This document shows, one piece after another, positions 9,442 to 18,290 of a stretch of 64,000 nt of DNA. The DNA comes from a virus. Its lineage: Duplodnaviria; Heunggongvirae; Uroviricota; Caudoviricetes. The stretch is from IMG/VR virus record IMGVR_UViG_3300022660_000050; one strand, 5' to 3'. Below the pieces are notes generated by a model. That model ran no database searches. It was given only the letters and a program-made list of their open reading frames with translations, and was not told the origin of the DNA. Made by a program: the position numbers and the translations under genes. Positions within the stretch are counted from its first letter, which is position 1. Each line of letters begins with the position of its first letter.

Positions 9442-10602
9442 ATGCATATAAATAGAGCATTACTTGAATCTTCTGATATTACTAAGCACTTTATGACTGG
9501 CAGAGAGAGACAGGTCAAAAAAGCTCTCTGCCAGCTTTTAATAGATAAAGGGCATAGAAAATATGCAGAACGATTCTGGAAACTAGATTTCAATATCATA
9601 GACTCTAAGAAGCATCCTGATTTTACTGCTGCAATTTCTTTTGATGATGCGACTGTTTTTATTAGCGATGGCTTTCTTGGTAGTGGCGAAGGTATTTTTA
9701 ATCAGTTAGATGTATTAATGCGCCACGAAATGGCTCATAATTTAATGATGCATCAGATTAGAATGATGTATGTGTTTAAAAAACTTCATGCACATGACCC
9801 GGACGAAGCTTATGAACATATTAAATATAGTAGTACACTTCATAACCTTTTAAACATTATTGAAGACTTTGAAATCTCCAATAAACGTTATAGTGCTACT
9901 GATAAGCAGATTGTACGTAACATGATGCTAAATGGTGAAATAATTGGCGGTTTAGTAACTGAGGATCATAGAGGCTGGGATAAGATGTCTCTTGAGCAAA
10001 TGTATGAAGAGCTTTCTAAGGAAATAATTAGAATAAACAGCGCAATCAGAAGTGACCCTTATTGGCGGCCAAACACAAGAACTCATAATGGCAGAGTTGC
10101 TGTAGACAACATTGAGTATAGTACTGCCAAAGCAGCAAGCCTATATCAGAACATAATGAAGCCTTCCGGTATAAAGGCGCCTATTGACGTATTTATGAAG
10201 TCTAAAACTTATAAAAAATGGCCAGAAGTTTTCCAAAAGCTTGTACAGCGGCTATATGACGAATTTAAAGATTTTACTTCTGATGCTGATAAGCAGCGCC
10301 TACTTGACCTTATTGATGATATAGCAGTATCGGCACCACAGCAAGCATGCGATGTTTTAAATCCTCTTACGGGCGAAGTAGTTTGTATTTTATATACACC
10401 AGAAGATAAACTAATTGCTACGGATGTTTTAAAAAATCTTGGTGGTAATATTAATTATAATCCATTAAAATTTAATGTTAAGCGTCAAGTAAACCCACAG
10501 GAGTATAAAGACGCTTGGAATGAGGTTGTTCGTCAGCTAGATTCTAGTAAGTTTGATGATGAGACCCTTAGACAGTTACAAGATGCTATTAATGCAATGT
10601 AA
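9442..10602 (+). CDS. HExxH-motif protein, putative metallopeptidase associated with vWA/MoxR
   Basis: Motif VLMRHEMAHNLMMHQ. Located between the MoxR and vWA genes. AAGGAG RBS. Confidence 0.45.
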   Translation: MHINRALLESSDITKHFMTGRERQVKKALCQLLIDKGHRKYAERFWKLDFNIIDSKKHPDFTAAISFDDATVFISDGFLGSGEGIFNQLDVLMRHEMAHNLMMHQIRMMYVFKKLHAHDPDEAYEHIKYSSTLHNLLNIIEDFEISNKRYSATDKQIVRNMMLNGEIIGGLVTEDHRGWDKMSLEQMYEELSKEIIRINSAIRSDPYWRPNTRTHNGRVAVDNIEYSTAKAASLYQNIMKPSGIKAPIDVFMKSKTYKKWPEVFQKLVQRLYDEFKDFTSDADKQRLLDLIDDIAVSAPQQACDVLNPLTGEVVCILYTPEDKLIATDVLKNLGGNINYNPLKFNVKRQVNPQEYKDAWNEVVRQLDSSKFDDETLRQLQDAINAM

Positions 10603-10626
10603 AAACTGTGAAAGGCAGAGATAATT

Positions 10627-12330
10627 ATGGAAATTAAAGATATATTAAGTAAACTCGGAATAGACTTTTCTAACCCTGATGCAAAACGTGGAGCTTTAGA
10701 AGCGATCGATGCTATTCTTTCTTCGAGAGTTGACTTAGGCTCTGGAGGCGCAGGTGGTGGTCCGGACCTTAACGGAAACGGAGGAGAGATCGAAGTAGAG
10801 ATTGACCCTGATTTGCTGCAGCCTTCAGTAAAACACCATCCAAAAGGCGGTGGGGATGACCTTGAAGTAGAAGATGAAGAAAAGCTACTCGATAAAATAA
10901 AACACAATAAAGCTGAAGATGAGGAAGAGCCTGAAACAAGGGGCCAAGATAACCAGAGCAATTCAGAGGACTCAAGTGAGTCAGGGGAGTCAAGTGACTT
11001 TGATGGCTCCGACGAGAGCTCTGAGCAAGATGATACTGACGACTCTGAAAGCGCCGATACTGGTGATACTAAAGAAACAAGCGAAACTGAAAATTCTGAA
11101 GAAGTAGAAGAGGAAGAAGCTGAAGATTCTTCTGAGGAAGATTCTGAGGAAGATTCTGAGGAAGGTGAAAACTCTGAGGATACTAACACGGAGTTAGACG
11201 GTGAGTCTGAGATAGCTGACGAAACTGAAGATTCAGATGAAGAGGCTGAATTTAGCGATGAAGAAGAATTTCCAGATGAGCATGATTGGCTAGACGACGA
11301 TACTCGAGATGCTATGACTGATAATGGCATTAGCAGTAAGGCAGAGGCTCGTAAAGTAAAAAGAGAGCGCACGTTGCTTGCAGCAAAAGAAGCTTTGAGA
11401 AAAGCTAATGAACGCGGTGCATCAAAAGCACTTATATCTGAGCTCGAAAGCGCTATTGAGGCACTTGAAGCTCTCACAGAGGCTGTTGCAAAAAATATTG
11501 CAGACGTGTCAGATGAAGAGTTTAATCAATTAGTTAACAGAGTATTCGATGCTATAGATGCTCTTGGTACTGGTGATTTGACGTATTCTTCCGAAGAAGA
11601 TCGTCAAGCAAGAGCTCAAGAGATAAAAACTGACTTGGCGAGTAGTAAAACACAGGCGGAACTTTCAGCAGAAGATGCAGCTCAAATAAGAGCTGAAACT
11701 CAAGCAATTAAAGCAAGAGAAAAAGAAGCAGACAAATATAAAACAAAATCCAGAAGCTCGTTCCAAGGTTTCCAAGCGTTTATGGATAGCTTGCAGCGTG
11801 GTATTGCTTTACAGGTTTCTTACGAAGAAGAGCGTGATGACACTTGGTCTGCAATAAGTCGTAGAAATAGTGGTGCAGGTGTTCTTAGACAAGGACAGAA
11901 AATTAATGAGCTTCCAAATAAAAAAATTCCTATCATCGATTTCTATTTTGACCAGTCTGGTTCTTGGGATGAGAGCGATGTAGAAGTAGGAAATCAGGCA
12001 GTAGAAGCTCTTGCAAAAATGCAAGAAGATGGTAAGATAAAAATCAATATTTACTATTTTTCTAATCATGTTCATACTGATGCTGCATCAGCAAGAGCAG
12101 AAGGTGGTACCCGTGCCTGGAACGACATAATTAAAAACATAATAACAACTGAAGCAACTAACGTTGTTATTATGACCGACTCTGACATGGAAGATTGGTG
12201 GGACGGGCCAAAAGCATTGTCCTACACTGTTCCTGGTTTTGTTTGGTATCTATGGCGTAATGGTGTTAACGCACCAAGACTTCCTCGTGACCTAAAAGGT
12301 CGTGGTGGTACTATGCAGTATTCCTTCTGA
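10627..12330 (+). CDS. vWA (von Willebrand factor A, MIDAS) domain protein with a long acidic N-terminal tract
   Basis: MIDAS-like IIDFYFDQSGSWDESD (DxSxS). A D/E-rich low-complexity region lies near aa 70-220. Confidence 0.5.
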   Translation: MEIKDILSKLGIDFSNPDAKRGALEAIDAILSSRVDLGSGGAGGGPDLNGNGGEIEVEIDPDLLQPSVKHHPKGGGDDLEVEDEEKLLDKIKHNKAEDEEEPETRGQDNQSNSEDSSESGESSDFDGSDESSEQDDTDDSESADTGDTKETSETENSEEVEEEEAEDSSEEDSEEDSEEGENSEDTNTELDGESEIADETEDSDEEAEFSDEEEFPDEHDWLDDDTRDAMTDNGISSKAEARKVKRERTLLAAKEALRKANERGASKALISELESAIEALEALTEAVAKNIADVSDEEFNQLVNRVFDAIDALGTGDLTYSSEEDRQARAQEIKTDLASSKTQAELSAEDAAQIRAETQAIKAREKEADKYKTKSRSSFQGFQAFMDSLQRGIALQVSYEEERDDTWSAISRRNSGAGVLRQGQKINELPNKKIPIIDFYFDQSGSWDESDVEVGNQAVEALAKMQEDGKIKINIYYFSNHVHTDAASARAEGGTRAWNDIIKNIITTEATNVVIMTDSDMEDWWDGPKALSYTVPGFVWYLWRNGVNAPRLPRDLKGRGGTMQYSF

Positions 12331-12350
12331 TAAATGAGGTTAAGGTATAT

Positions 12351-12767
12351 ATGGTAGAATTAAAAGATAAACTTACGGTAACAAAAGATTTTATTGATGA
12401 GCTCTGTAGTAAAAGCTGGCAAGATATTGAGCAACTTCAGACACAGCTCGCTAATATAGCTGACTCTGATGAAGGCAAAAAAGTAAAGCAGCTCCTAAAA
12501 AACCTGATTACGAGTTACTATGTATTCATTGGAAGTCTAGAAAATCTAGATGATATCAATTATACTACACAAGATGTTGTACACGTTAAAGAACCGGAAG
12601 TTGTTAAAATAGAACCTCAGGCAGAACCTGATATAATGTTTGAGCCGGAAGACGAAAATACTCAAGCAAAAACAATAGACCTCGATATTAGTGAACCTTT
12701 TGAGTACTTTGTAGATTTTGACGAGCCAACAGGTGAGCCACTTACCGACAAAGACTTATACAATTAA
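12351..12767 (+). CDS. hypothetical acidic protein
   Basis: ORF with GAGG RBS, last gene before a terminator. Confidence 0.45.
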   Translation: MVELKDKLTVTKDFIDELCSKSWQDIEQLQTQLANIADSDEGKKVKQLLKNLITSYYVFIGSLENLDDINYTTQDVVHVKEPEVVKIEPQAEPDIMFEPEDENTQAKTIDLDISEPFEYFVDFDEPTGEPLTDKDLYN

Positions 12768-12772
12768 CAATA

Positions 12773-12806
12773 AAAGCACTCTAAATATTTAGAGTGCTTT
12801 TCTTTA
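12773..12806 (+). terminator. intrinsic terminator hairpin (AGCACTCTAAATATTTAGAGTGCT) plus T-run
   Basis: Seen directly. Confidence 0.6.
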
Positions 12807-12821
12807 TTTGCTAAATTATAT
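12807..12821 (+). promoter_or_regulatory. late-type promoter motif TTTGCTAAATTATAT
   Basis: Motif family member located immediately after a terminator. Confidence 0.5.
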
Positions 12822-12904
12822 GACGGTCGCGGCGGCGGACTTAGCCTTTCACCGTTGCTGTGGTCGTCTTTCTTTGTAAATAACAAGAAGGAGAGTATCT
12901 TTCA

Positions 12905-13666
12905 ATGAAAATAAATAAAACTCCTATTACAGAGGAGAAAAAACTAAAAACTAAGAAAAAGCCTTATGATTCTATCACATATACAACTGGTGATATTTCT
13001 TTAAATATAGGTAGATTCAATCAGGCTATGGGGACAGACTGTGTGGAGACTTCTGCTGAAGGCACTGAAGGCTGTGGTATGACTGAAAGTGTTGAGCTAA
13101 AGGAGGCTAAACGTTACGTTCGTAGATACTATATTCGTCCTCAAAATATCTTCTGTTCAAATAAAGCTGAGATCTTAAAAGCTCTTATTGAACTAGATAA
13201 TGCTAACTGCTCTGTTTATACTCTAAATAATCTTGGAGATGATAAAGATGTAACTAAACTTATGAATAGTGACATTATTTATTATTATGATGATGGTATT
13301 CTTTATGATAAAAATAGAGTAAAAGTAATGGACTACGACCTCTCAATTAAGAAAGAAGAGGACCGTAAACACTTTGCTAACGTGGACAAAGCTCCTGAAA
13401 AAGAATTTAAGGCAGAGTATGAGGATAGAATGACAGACGCAACAGAACTTGAGGAGAGCTTCTTTAATCTTGATTTTGACGCTGTTAATGTATTTGGTGA
13501 AAAACTAACAGAAGCAAAAGAAAGCTTTTGTTGTATTTGTGGTGAACCTATCGAAGGTCATGGAAATAACCCTGAGCCTTTTATGTCTGCAGATGATGGC
13601 AGATGTTGTGACGGTTGTAATCTCAAGTTTGTTATTCCTATGCGACTAGATAGAATGGAGGATTAA
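12905..13666 (+). CDS. hypothetical protein with a C-terminal Cys cluster (CCICGEP...H...CCDGC)
   Basis: ORF with AAGGAGAG RBS. Putative Zn-binding motif. Confidence 0.5.
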   Translation: MKINKTPITEEKKLKTKKKPYDSITYTTGDISLNIGRFNQAMGTDCVETSAEGTEGCGMTESVELKEAKRYVRRYYIRPQNIFCSNKAEILKALIELDNANCSVYTLNNLGDDKDVTKLMNSDIIYYYDDGILYDKNRVKVMDYDLSIKKEEDRKHFANVDKAPEKEFKAEYEDRMTDATELEESFFNLDFDAVNVFGEKLTEAKESFCCICGEPIEGHGNNPEPFMSADDGRCCDGCNLKFVIPMRLDRMED

Positions 13667-13667
13667 T

Positions 13668-15131
13668 ATGGCGGCGCCAGTGATTACAGACCCTAAATTA
13701 GTAATACCTACACAAGAAGATATTGAAAAACTTCTAACAGCAAAATTAAGTTATGAAGCAAAACAGAACACACCTGAGCGCGATACTTGGAATAAAGCTC
13801 ACTTTAATGAAACGCCTTGGGGTATTGCATATAACTGTAGTAAAGCTAAGTATGATAAATCGGTGGCTTCTTATAACAAAGTTCAAAGAAAGTCTAAGAA
13901 TCCACCACAGCAAAAAGCTGATGTAGCTTTAAAGTATCTTATCGTTGCTGTAGCAATTGATTGGAAAGAGCTAATTGACCAATTAAAAAGAACTCTAAAA
14001 AATTGGGGCTATACCTCACAAGATTTACAAAATATCGCTAAAAATGTTTGGTTAACTGACGCGCAGTATATTGCAAATCTATGTGACCGTGTTACAGTAA
14101 CCAAGTTAATTGAGCAAGAGCTTGGCGAGCAGTCTAAAACAGAACTAACCGAAGCTATTGAGAAACATGATAGCTTAAACAATAAGCTCTTTACAAAAGA
14201 AGAGTTGCTAAAAGATCAAGTAAGAGATAAGATGCTTGAAATTGTCGACGAATTTTTAGCAGACCTTAAAGAGCAGGATGTTAAAATAAAAGTTGATGAT
14301 ATCCTTATGATTGGCTCTAATGCTAGCTATAATTATACAAAAGATAGTGATATTGACCTTCACGTTCTTGCTAACGCTAAAGCCGCTGACTACTCTACCG
14401 ATATAGCAAATGCTCTATATAGTGCATATCGTTCACTATTTAATAAAAATTTAGATATCAAATTGTTTGGCATTCCGCTTGAAATCTTTGTTGAAACTGA
14501 GGAGAGCACAAGAGTAAGCAATGGTGTTTATTCCGTAAAGAAAAATAAGTGGATTAAAAAGCCTGTTCACGAAGATATCCCAGACTATGACAAGGAAGCA
14601 CTAAACAAACTTGTTGATGAGTGGGAAGATAAGTGTAAAAAACTTATTGATGATATAAAAGCAGATAAGCTTGAAGATGAAAAGAAAGTAGTTAAGATGC
14701 TAGAAGAGATATATGATAAACTCCGTAAAAAAGGCATCTCGAAAGGTGAATACTCTACAGAAAATTTAACTTTTAAAGAGCTTCGTAATAAAGGATATTT
14801 GGACCAGCTAAAAGACTACAGAAATGAGCTTGTATCAAAGAGATTATCTCTTGAGGAAAAACTCGATAGACAGCAAAGAGTTGATATTTATAACCAGCTT
14901 TTTAGAGCTGCCGGCACACAGCCAGTTATCCAAGATAACGGAATGTTCTTTATATATAATCTAAAGGCTTCTGAGGTTGACGCTGCGTTAAGTGCGATAA
15001 GAAGACTTCCATTTGTTATTGAAGTCCATGCAAATGAAAATGGAAAGTATGACTTCTCAAATACACTTGATATAGCAATGAACAAAATACCTAAGAAATA
15101 CTATAATATCCGAGGTACTCTTAAAATATAA
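13668..15131 (+). CDS. nucleotidyltransferase (Pol-beta superfamily) fold protein
   Basis: ILMIGSNASYNYTKDSDIDLHVL fits the h-G-S-x9-13-D-h-D NTase core. A helix precedes it. Possible downstream acidic residues at EIFVETEE. Confidence 0.45.
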   Translation: MAAPVITDPKLVIPTQEDIEKLLTAKLSYEAKQNTPERDTWNKAHFNETPWGIAYNCSKAKYDKSVASYNKVQRKSKNPPQQKADVALKYLIVAVAIDWKELIDQLKRTLKNWGYTSQDLQNIAKNVWLTDAQYIANLCDRVTVTKLIEQELGEQSKTELTEAIEKHDSLNNKLFTKEELLKDQVRDKMLEIVDEFLADLKEQDVKIKVDDILMIGSNASYNYTKDSDIDLHVLANAKAADYSTDIANALYSAYRSLFNKNLDIKLFGIPLEIFVETEESTRVSNGVYSVKKNKWIKKPVHEDIPDYDKEALNKLVDEWEDKCKKLIDDIKADKLEDEKKVVKMLEEIYDKLRKKGISKGEYSTENLTFKELRNKGYLDQLKDYRNELVSKRLSLEEKLDRQQRVDIYNQLFRAAGTQPVIQDNGMFFIYNLKASEVDAALSAIRRLPFVIEVHANENGKYDFSNTLDIAMNKIPKKYYNIRGTLKI

Positions 15132-15133
15132 AG

Positions 15134-15170
15134 TAAAAGCACTCTATTTTTGATAGAGTGCTTTATTTTT
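15134..15170 (+). terminator. intrinsic terminator hairpin (AAAGCACTCTAT..ATAGAGTGCTTT) plus T-run
   Basis: Seen directly. Confidence 0.6.
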
Positions 15171-15178
15171 ATTAAATT

Positions 15179-15196
15179 TATTTGCTAAATTATACA
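15179..15196 (+). promoter_or_regulatory. late-type promoter motif TTTGCTAAATTATACAG
   Basis: Motif family member, 47 nt upstream of the ATG at 15226. Confidence 0.5.
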
Positions 15197-15225
15197 GTAG
15201 AACATTTTGAAAGGATAGTCCAGCA

Positions 15226-16182
15226 ATGAGAAAACAAACTTTGCAAGAACAATGCTTATCAGAGCTTCTTAAGCTGACTGAGGCAAACAGAACTTCTTTG
15301 ATAGCCCAATCTAGAAATGCTGGGGCCTATAAAAACCAAGAGCGTGGCAAAAATAGAATGGAACGTAAGAAGTATTCTAAGATTGCTAACGCTGTTAAGA
15401 ATTATAATGAAATAGATATGAACAAGCTGTTCAAACAAGATATACTTCAAGTAAATATTCCTGTTGTCGGTGAAAATGATGAGTACACTGTTACCATCAA
15501 AATCGAAGGCGTCATTGGAGAAATGCAGAAAAATATTAAAAACAACAACAATAAGATGGAATTCCGAACAATAGTTCAGTCACTCACAAAAGTTTTTAAT
15601 ACTACAGATGTTTATGTAAAATGCACCTGTCCTGACTTTAAATATCGCTTTGCACACTGGAACATTATAAAAAATGTTTCTGTAGATGATTCTTCTGCCG
15701 ACCCTGGCCCTGGTAAAGGAATCGCTAACCCAAATGATGATAAGGGAAGAGGTTGTAAACATATCCTACTTGTTCTCAGTAATGGCGACTGGATGCTCAA
15801 AGTTGCGTCAGTTATAAATAACTATTGTCACTTCCTATCAGAGAAAAAGCCAGAAGCTTTCTTGAAACTTGTGTTCCCTAAACTATATGGAGTTCCTGCT
15901 GATGAGGCTGCTGAGAATGGACTTGTGGCCGACAACGAAGATCTCGAAACAGGAAAAGACCTTATTGATATAGTTAATGAATACGGTAAGAACCGCGGTA
16001 AATTCCAGAAAGGTTCTAATAAAAATCCTGTTACTGGAACTGGCGGTAAACAGAAAGCTGAAAAGCCTGAGGAAGAAAAACCTGAGGAAAAGCCTACTAA
16101 AAAGGTTGAAGAACCTGCTGAGGAACCTAAAGAGGCACCTAAGGAAGATTCAGAAGAAAACGATAAACAGAATAAAAACTAA
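15226..16182 (+). CDS. SWIM-type zinc finger protein with a Lys/Glu-rich C-terminal tail. By position it is a candidate terminase small subunit or DNA-binding packaging factor.
   Basis: CTCPDFKYRFAHW...GRGCKHILLVL matches the CxC...CxH SWIM pattern. Immediately upstream of terL. Confidence 0.45.
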   Translation: MRKQTLQEQCLSELLKLTEANRTSLIAQSRNAGAYKNQERGKNRMERKKYSKIANAVKNYNEIDMNKLFKQDILQVNIPVVGENDEYTVTIKIEGVIGEMQKNIKNNNNKMEFRTIVQSLTKVFNTTDVYVKCTCPDFKYRFAHWNIIKNVSVDDSSADPGPGKGIANPNDDKGRGCKHILLVLSNGDWMLKVASVINNYCHFLSEKKPEAFLKLVFPKLYGVPADEAAENGLVADNEDLETGKDLIDIVNEYGKNRGKFQKGSNKNPVTGTGGKQKAEKPEEEKPEEKPTKKVEEPAEEPKEAPKEDSEENDKQNKN

Positions 16183-16197
16183 CTATTTTTAAAATAT

Positions 16198-16205
16198 TGT
16201 ATAAT
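16198..16205 (+). promoter_or_regulatory. extended -10 promoter element TGTATAAT
   Basis: ATTGTATAATATATAG recurs at several genes (4079, 45035, 53869, 61365). Confidence 0.35.
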
Positions 16206-16227
16206 ATATAGATAGGAGATTTTCGAA

Positions 16228-18276
16228 TTGATGATATCAAACGAACTAAATTTAGAACAACTAAATAATCTATCTCCTGAGGAAAGAGCTCTCGCCCTTG
16301 AAATTTTAAAAGAGTACTCACAAGAAGGTTTCTCCGGTATATTAGAAGATCTTAAATACTCTGACTATGAAGAAATCCCAGTAGATATTATGACGTTTAT
16401 CTCTGATGAACGTTATCTCGGCCGAGGCCTCTACATAAAAGATGAGTTTACTGGAGAAAGAAAGTGCACAGTATTCCCGTACTGGATAGAAAAGCTTAAA
16501 GAGATATTTCCAGATAACTTGACAACTAGATATAATACTATTGTATTAACTGGTTCTATCGGTCTTGGTAAGTCTTTTATTGCAGTCGTTTGTCAGCTTT
16601 ACCTGCTGTATAGAATGCTTTGCTTAAAAGATCCTTATACTTATTATGGCCTCCAGCCTATCGATAAAATCACATTTTCAATGTTAAACGTAACATTGGA
16701 AGCAGCACAAGGTGTCGGCTGGGATAAGATGCAGCAGCTGCTCCAAAGCTCTGATTGGTTCATGGAACGAGGCAATATGAATGCTAGTAGGACAAACCCT
16801 CAGTGGCAACCGCCTAAAGGAATTGAGCTTGTATTCGGTTCTAGTAATAGACACGTAGTTGGTCGTGCACTATTCTCTAACTTCTCGGATGAAGTTAACT
16901 TCGGTGTCGGTAATAATGTAGAGAAACAAAAAGCTAAGCTTAAGAAAATGATTTCTCAGATCGACGCCCGTATGATTTCTCGTTTTGGTAAAGGTACCTA
17001 CCTTCCTACGATGAATATTATCGCTTCATCAAAAGACTCTGAACAGGCTTTCATGGAATCTTATATTGAAATGAAACGCCAAAATGAGAGTAAAACTACT
17101 CTAATTGTTGACGAACCTCAGTGGATAGTCAGAAATGATAAAGGTTCGCCGGATGACCCAGGAAGCTTCTATGTTGCTGTCGGAAATAAGTTCCTAGCAC
17201 ATGAGCTACTTCCAGTCGGAGCGACAGAAGATGAAATAAATGCATACAGAGAAAAAGGTTATTTCATGCTAAAAGTTCCTCCGATTTATAGAGAAGCTTT
17301 TGAAGATAACATTGACCTTGCGCTCACTGATAACGCCGGTATTTCTACTTCAAGTTCTACTAAGTATATCTCCGGTGTTCGTTTAAATCAGATTAAGACA
17401 GACACATATAAAAATCCATTTACAAAAGATATTATCGAAGTTGGCAACAGCCCAGATGATATATTACAGTATTCTAACTTCTTTGATATATCAAGAGTAA
17501 ATCCACGAGATCTTTCAAGACCTCTGTTTATACATCTCGATATGTCGCTTTCTGGAGACAAAACTGGTATCGCCGGTATCTGGATAACAGGTAAAAGGCC
17601 ACCACAAGCCGGAACAAATGACCCAAGCAAAGAACTTGAATTCAAGGTCGCGTTCTCTGTTTCTGTTAAGGCACCTAAAGGTTTCCAAGTAAGCTTTGAG
17701 AAGAATAGAAACTTTATACGCTGGCTTCGTGACCGAGGCTTTGCAATCAAAGGAGTATCAAGCGATACTTATCAATCTGCGCAGATTCAACAGCAACTTA
17801 AAGCAGATAATTTTAATACTAAAATCTTATCTGTGGACCGCGTAGATAGTGCTACAAAACAATGCTTACCATATGCTTTCTTTAAATCTGCAATATATGA
17901 AAGACACCTGCAGTTATATAAAGATTGTGAATTACTTACTAACGAGATAGTTAGTTTGGAAAGACTTTCTGATGGTCATATCGATCACCCTCAAAACTTC
18001 TCAAAAGACCAGGCCGACGCCGTGTGTGGTGCACTCTTCCTTGCAAGCGAATTTGCAGAAGAATACTCTTACGATTATGGCGAGAGCCTTGAAACATCCT
18101 TGGAAGTTAATGCGGTAGCAGATGACTTTAGAAAACAACAAATGATCCTCGAGTTCCAGGAAGAGCTAACTAGGATTTATATGGATAATGCTATAGCCGT
18201 TGAGAAAGTAGATTATCAAAAGAAAAAAGAATATGAAACATACCAAGATATTTTGAATGGTATAATTATTTTATAA
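16228..18276 (+). CDS. terL: terminase large subunit
   Basis: Walker A LTGSIGLGKSF. Walker B-like FSDEVNF. C-terminal RNaseH-like nuclease motifs (IHLDMSLSGDKTGIAG, DHPQNFSKDQADAV). Positioned before the portal gene. Confidence 0.75.
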   Translation: MMISNELNLEQLNNLSPEERALALEILKEYSQEGFSGILEDLKYSDYEEIPVDIMTFISDERYLGRGLYIKDEFTGERKCTVFPYWIEKLKEIFPDNLTTRYNTIVLTGSIGLGKSFIAVVCQLYLLYRMLCLKDPYTYYGLQPIDKITFSMLNVTLEAAQGVGWDKMQQLLQSSDWFMERGNMNASRTNPQWQPPKGIELVFGSSNRHVVGRALFSNFSDEVNFGVGNNVEKQKAKLKKMISQIDARMISRFGKGTYLPTMNIIASSKDSEQAFMESYIEMKRQNESKTTLIVDEPQWIVRNDKGSPDDPGSFYVAVGNKFLAHELLPVGATEDEINAYREKGYFMLKVPPIYREAFEDNIDLALTDNAGISTSSSTKYISGVRLNQIKTDTYKNPFTKDIIEVGNSPDDILQYSNFFDISRVNPRDLSRPLFIHLDMSLSGDKTGIAGIWITGKRPPQAGTNDPSKELEFKVAFSVSVKAPKGFQVSFEKNRNFIRWLRDRGFAIKGVSSDTYQSAQIQQQLKADNFNTKILSVDRVDSATKQCLPYAFFKSAIYERHLQLYKDCELLTNEIVSLERLSDGHIDHPQNFSKDQADAVCGALFLASEFAEEYSYDYGESLETSLEVNAVADDFRKQQMILEFQEELTRIYMDNAIAVEKVDYQKKKEYETYQDILNGIIIL

Positions 18277-18290
18277 GGAGACCATAGATT

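Noticed and set aside
10533-11477. 314-aa Ser-rich ORF on the minus strand
   Set aside because: It is antisense to the poly-acidic GA-rich coding tract of the vWA gene (GAx codons read as Ser-rich on the opposite strand). It has no RBS and is low-complexity only.
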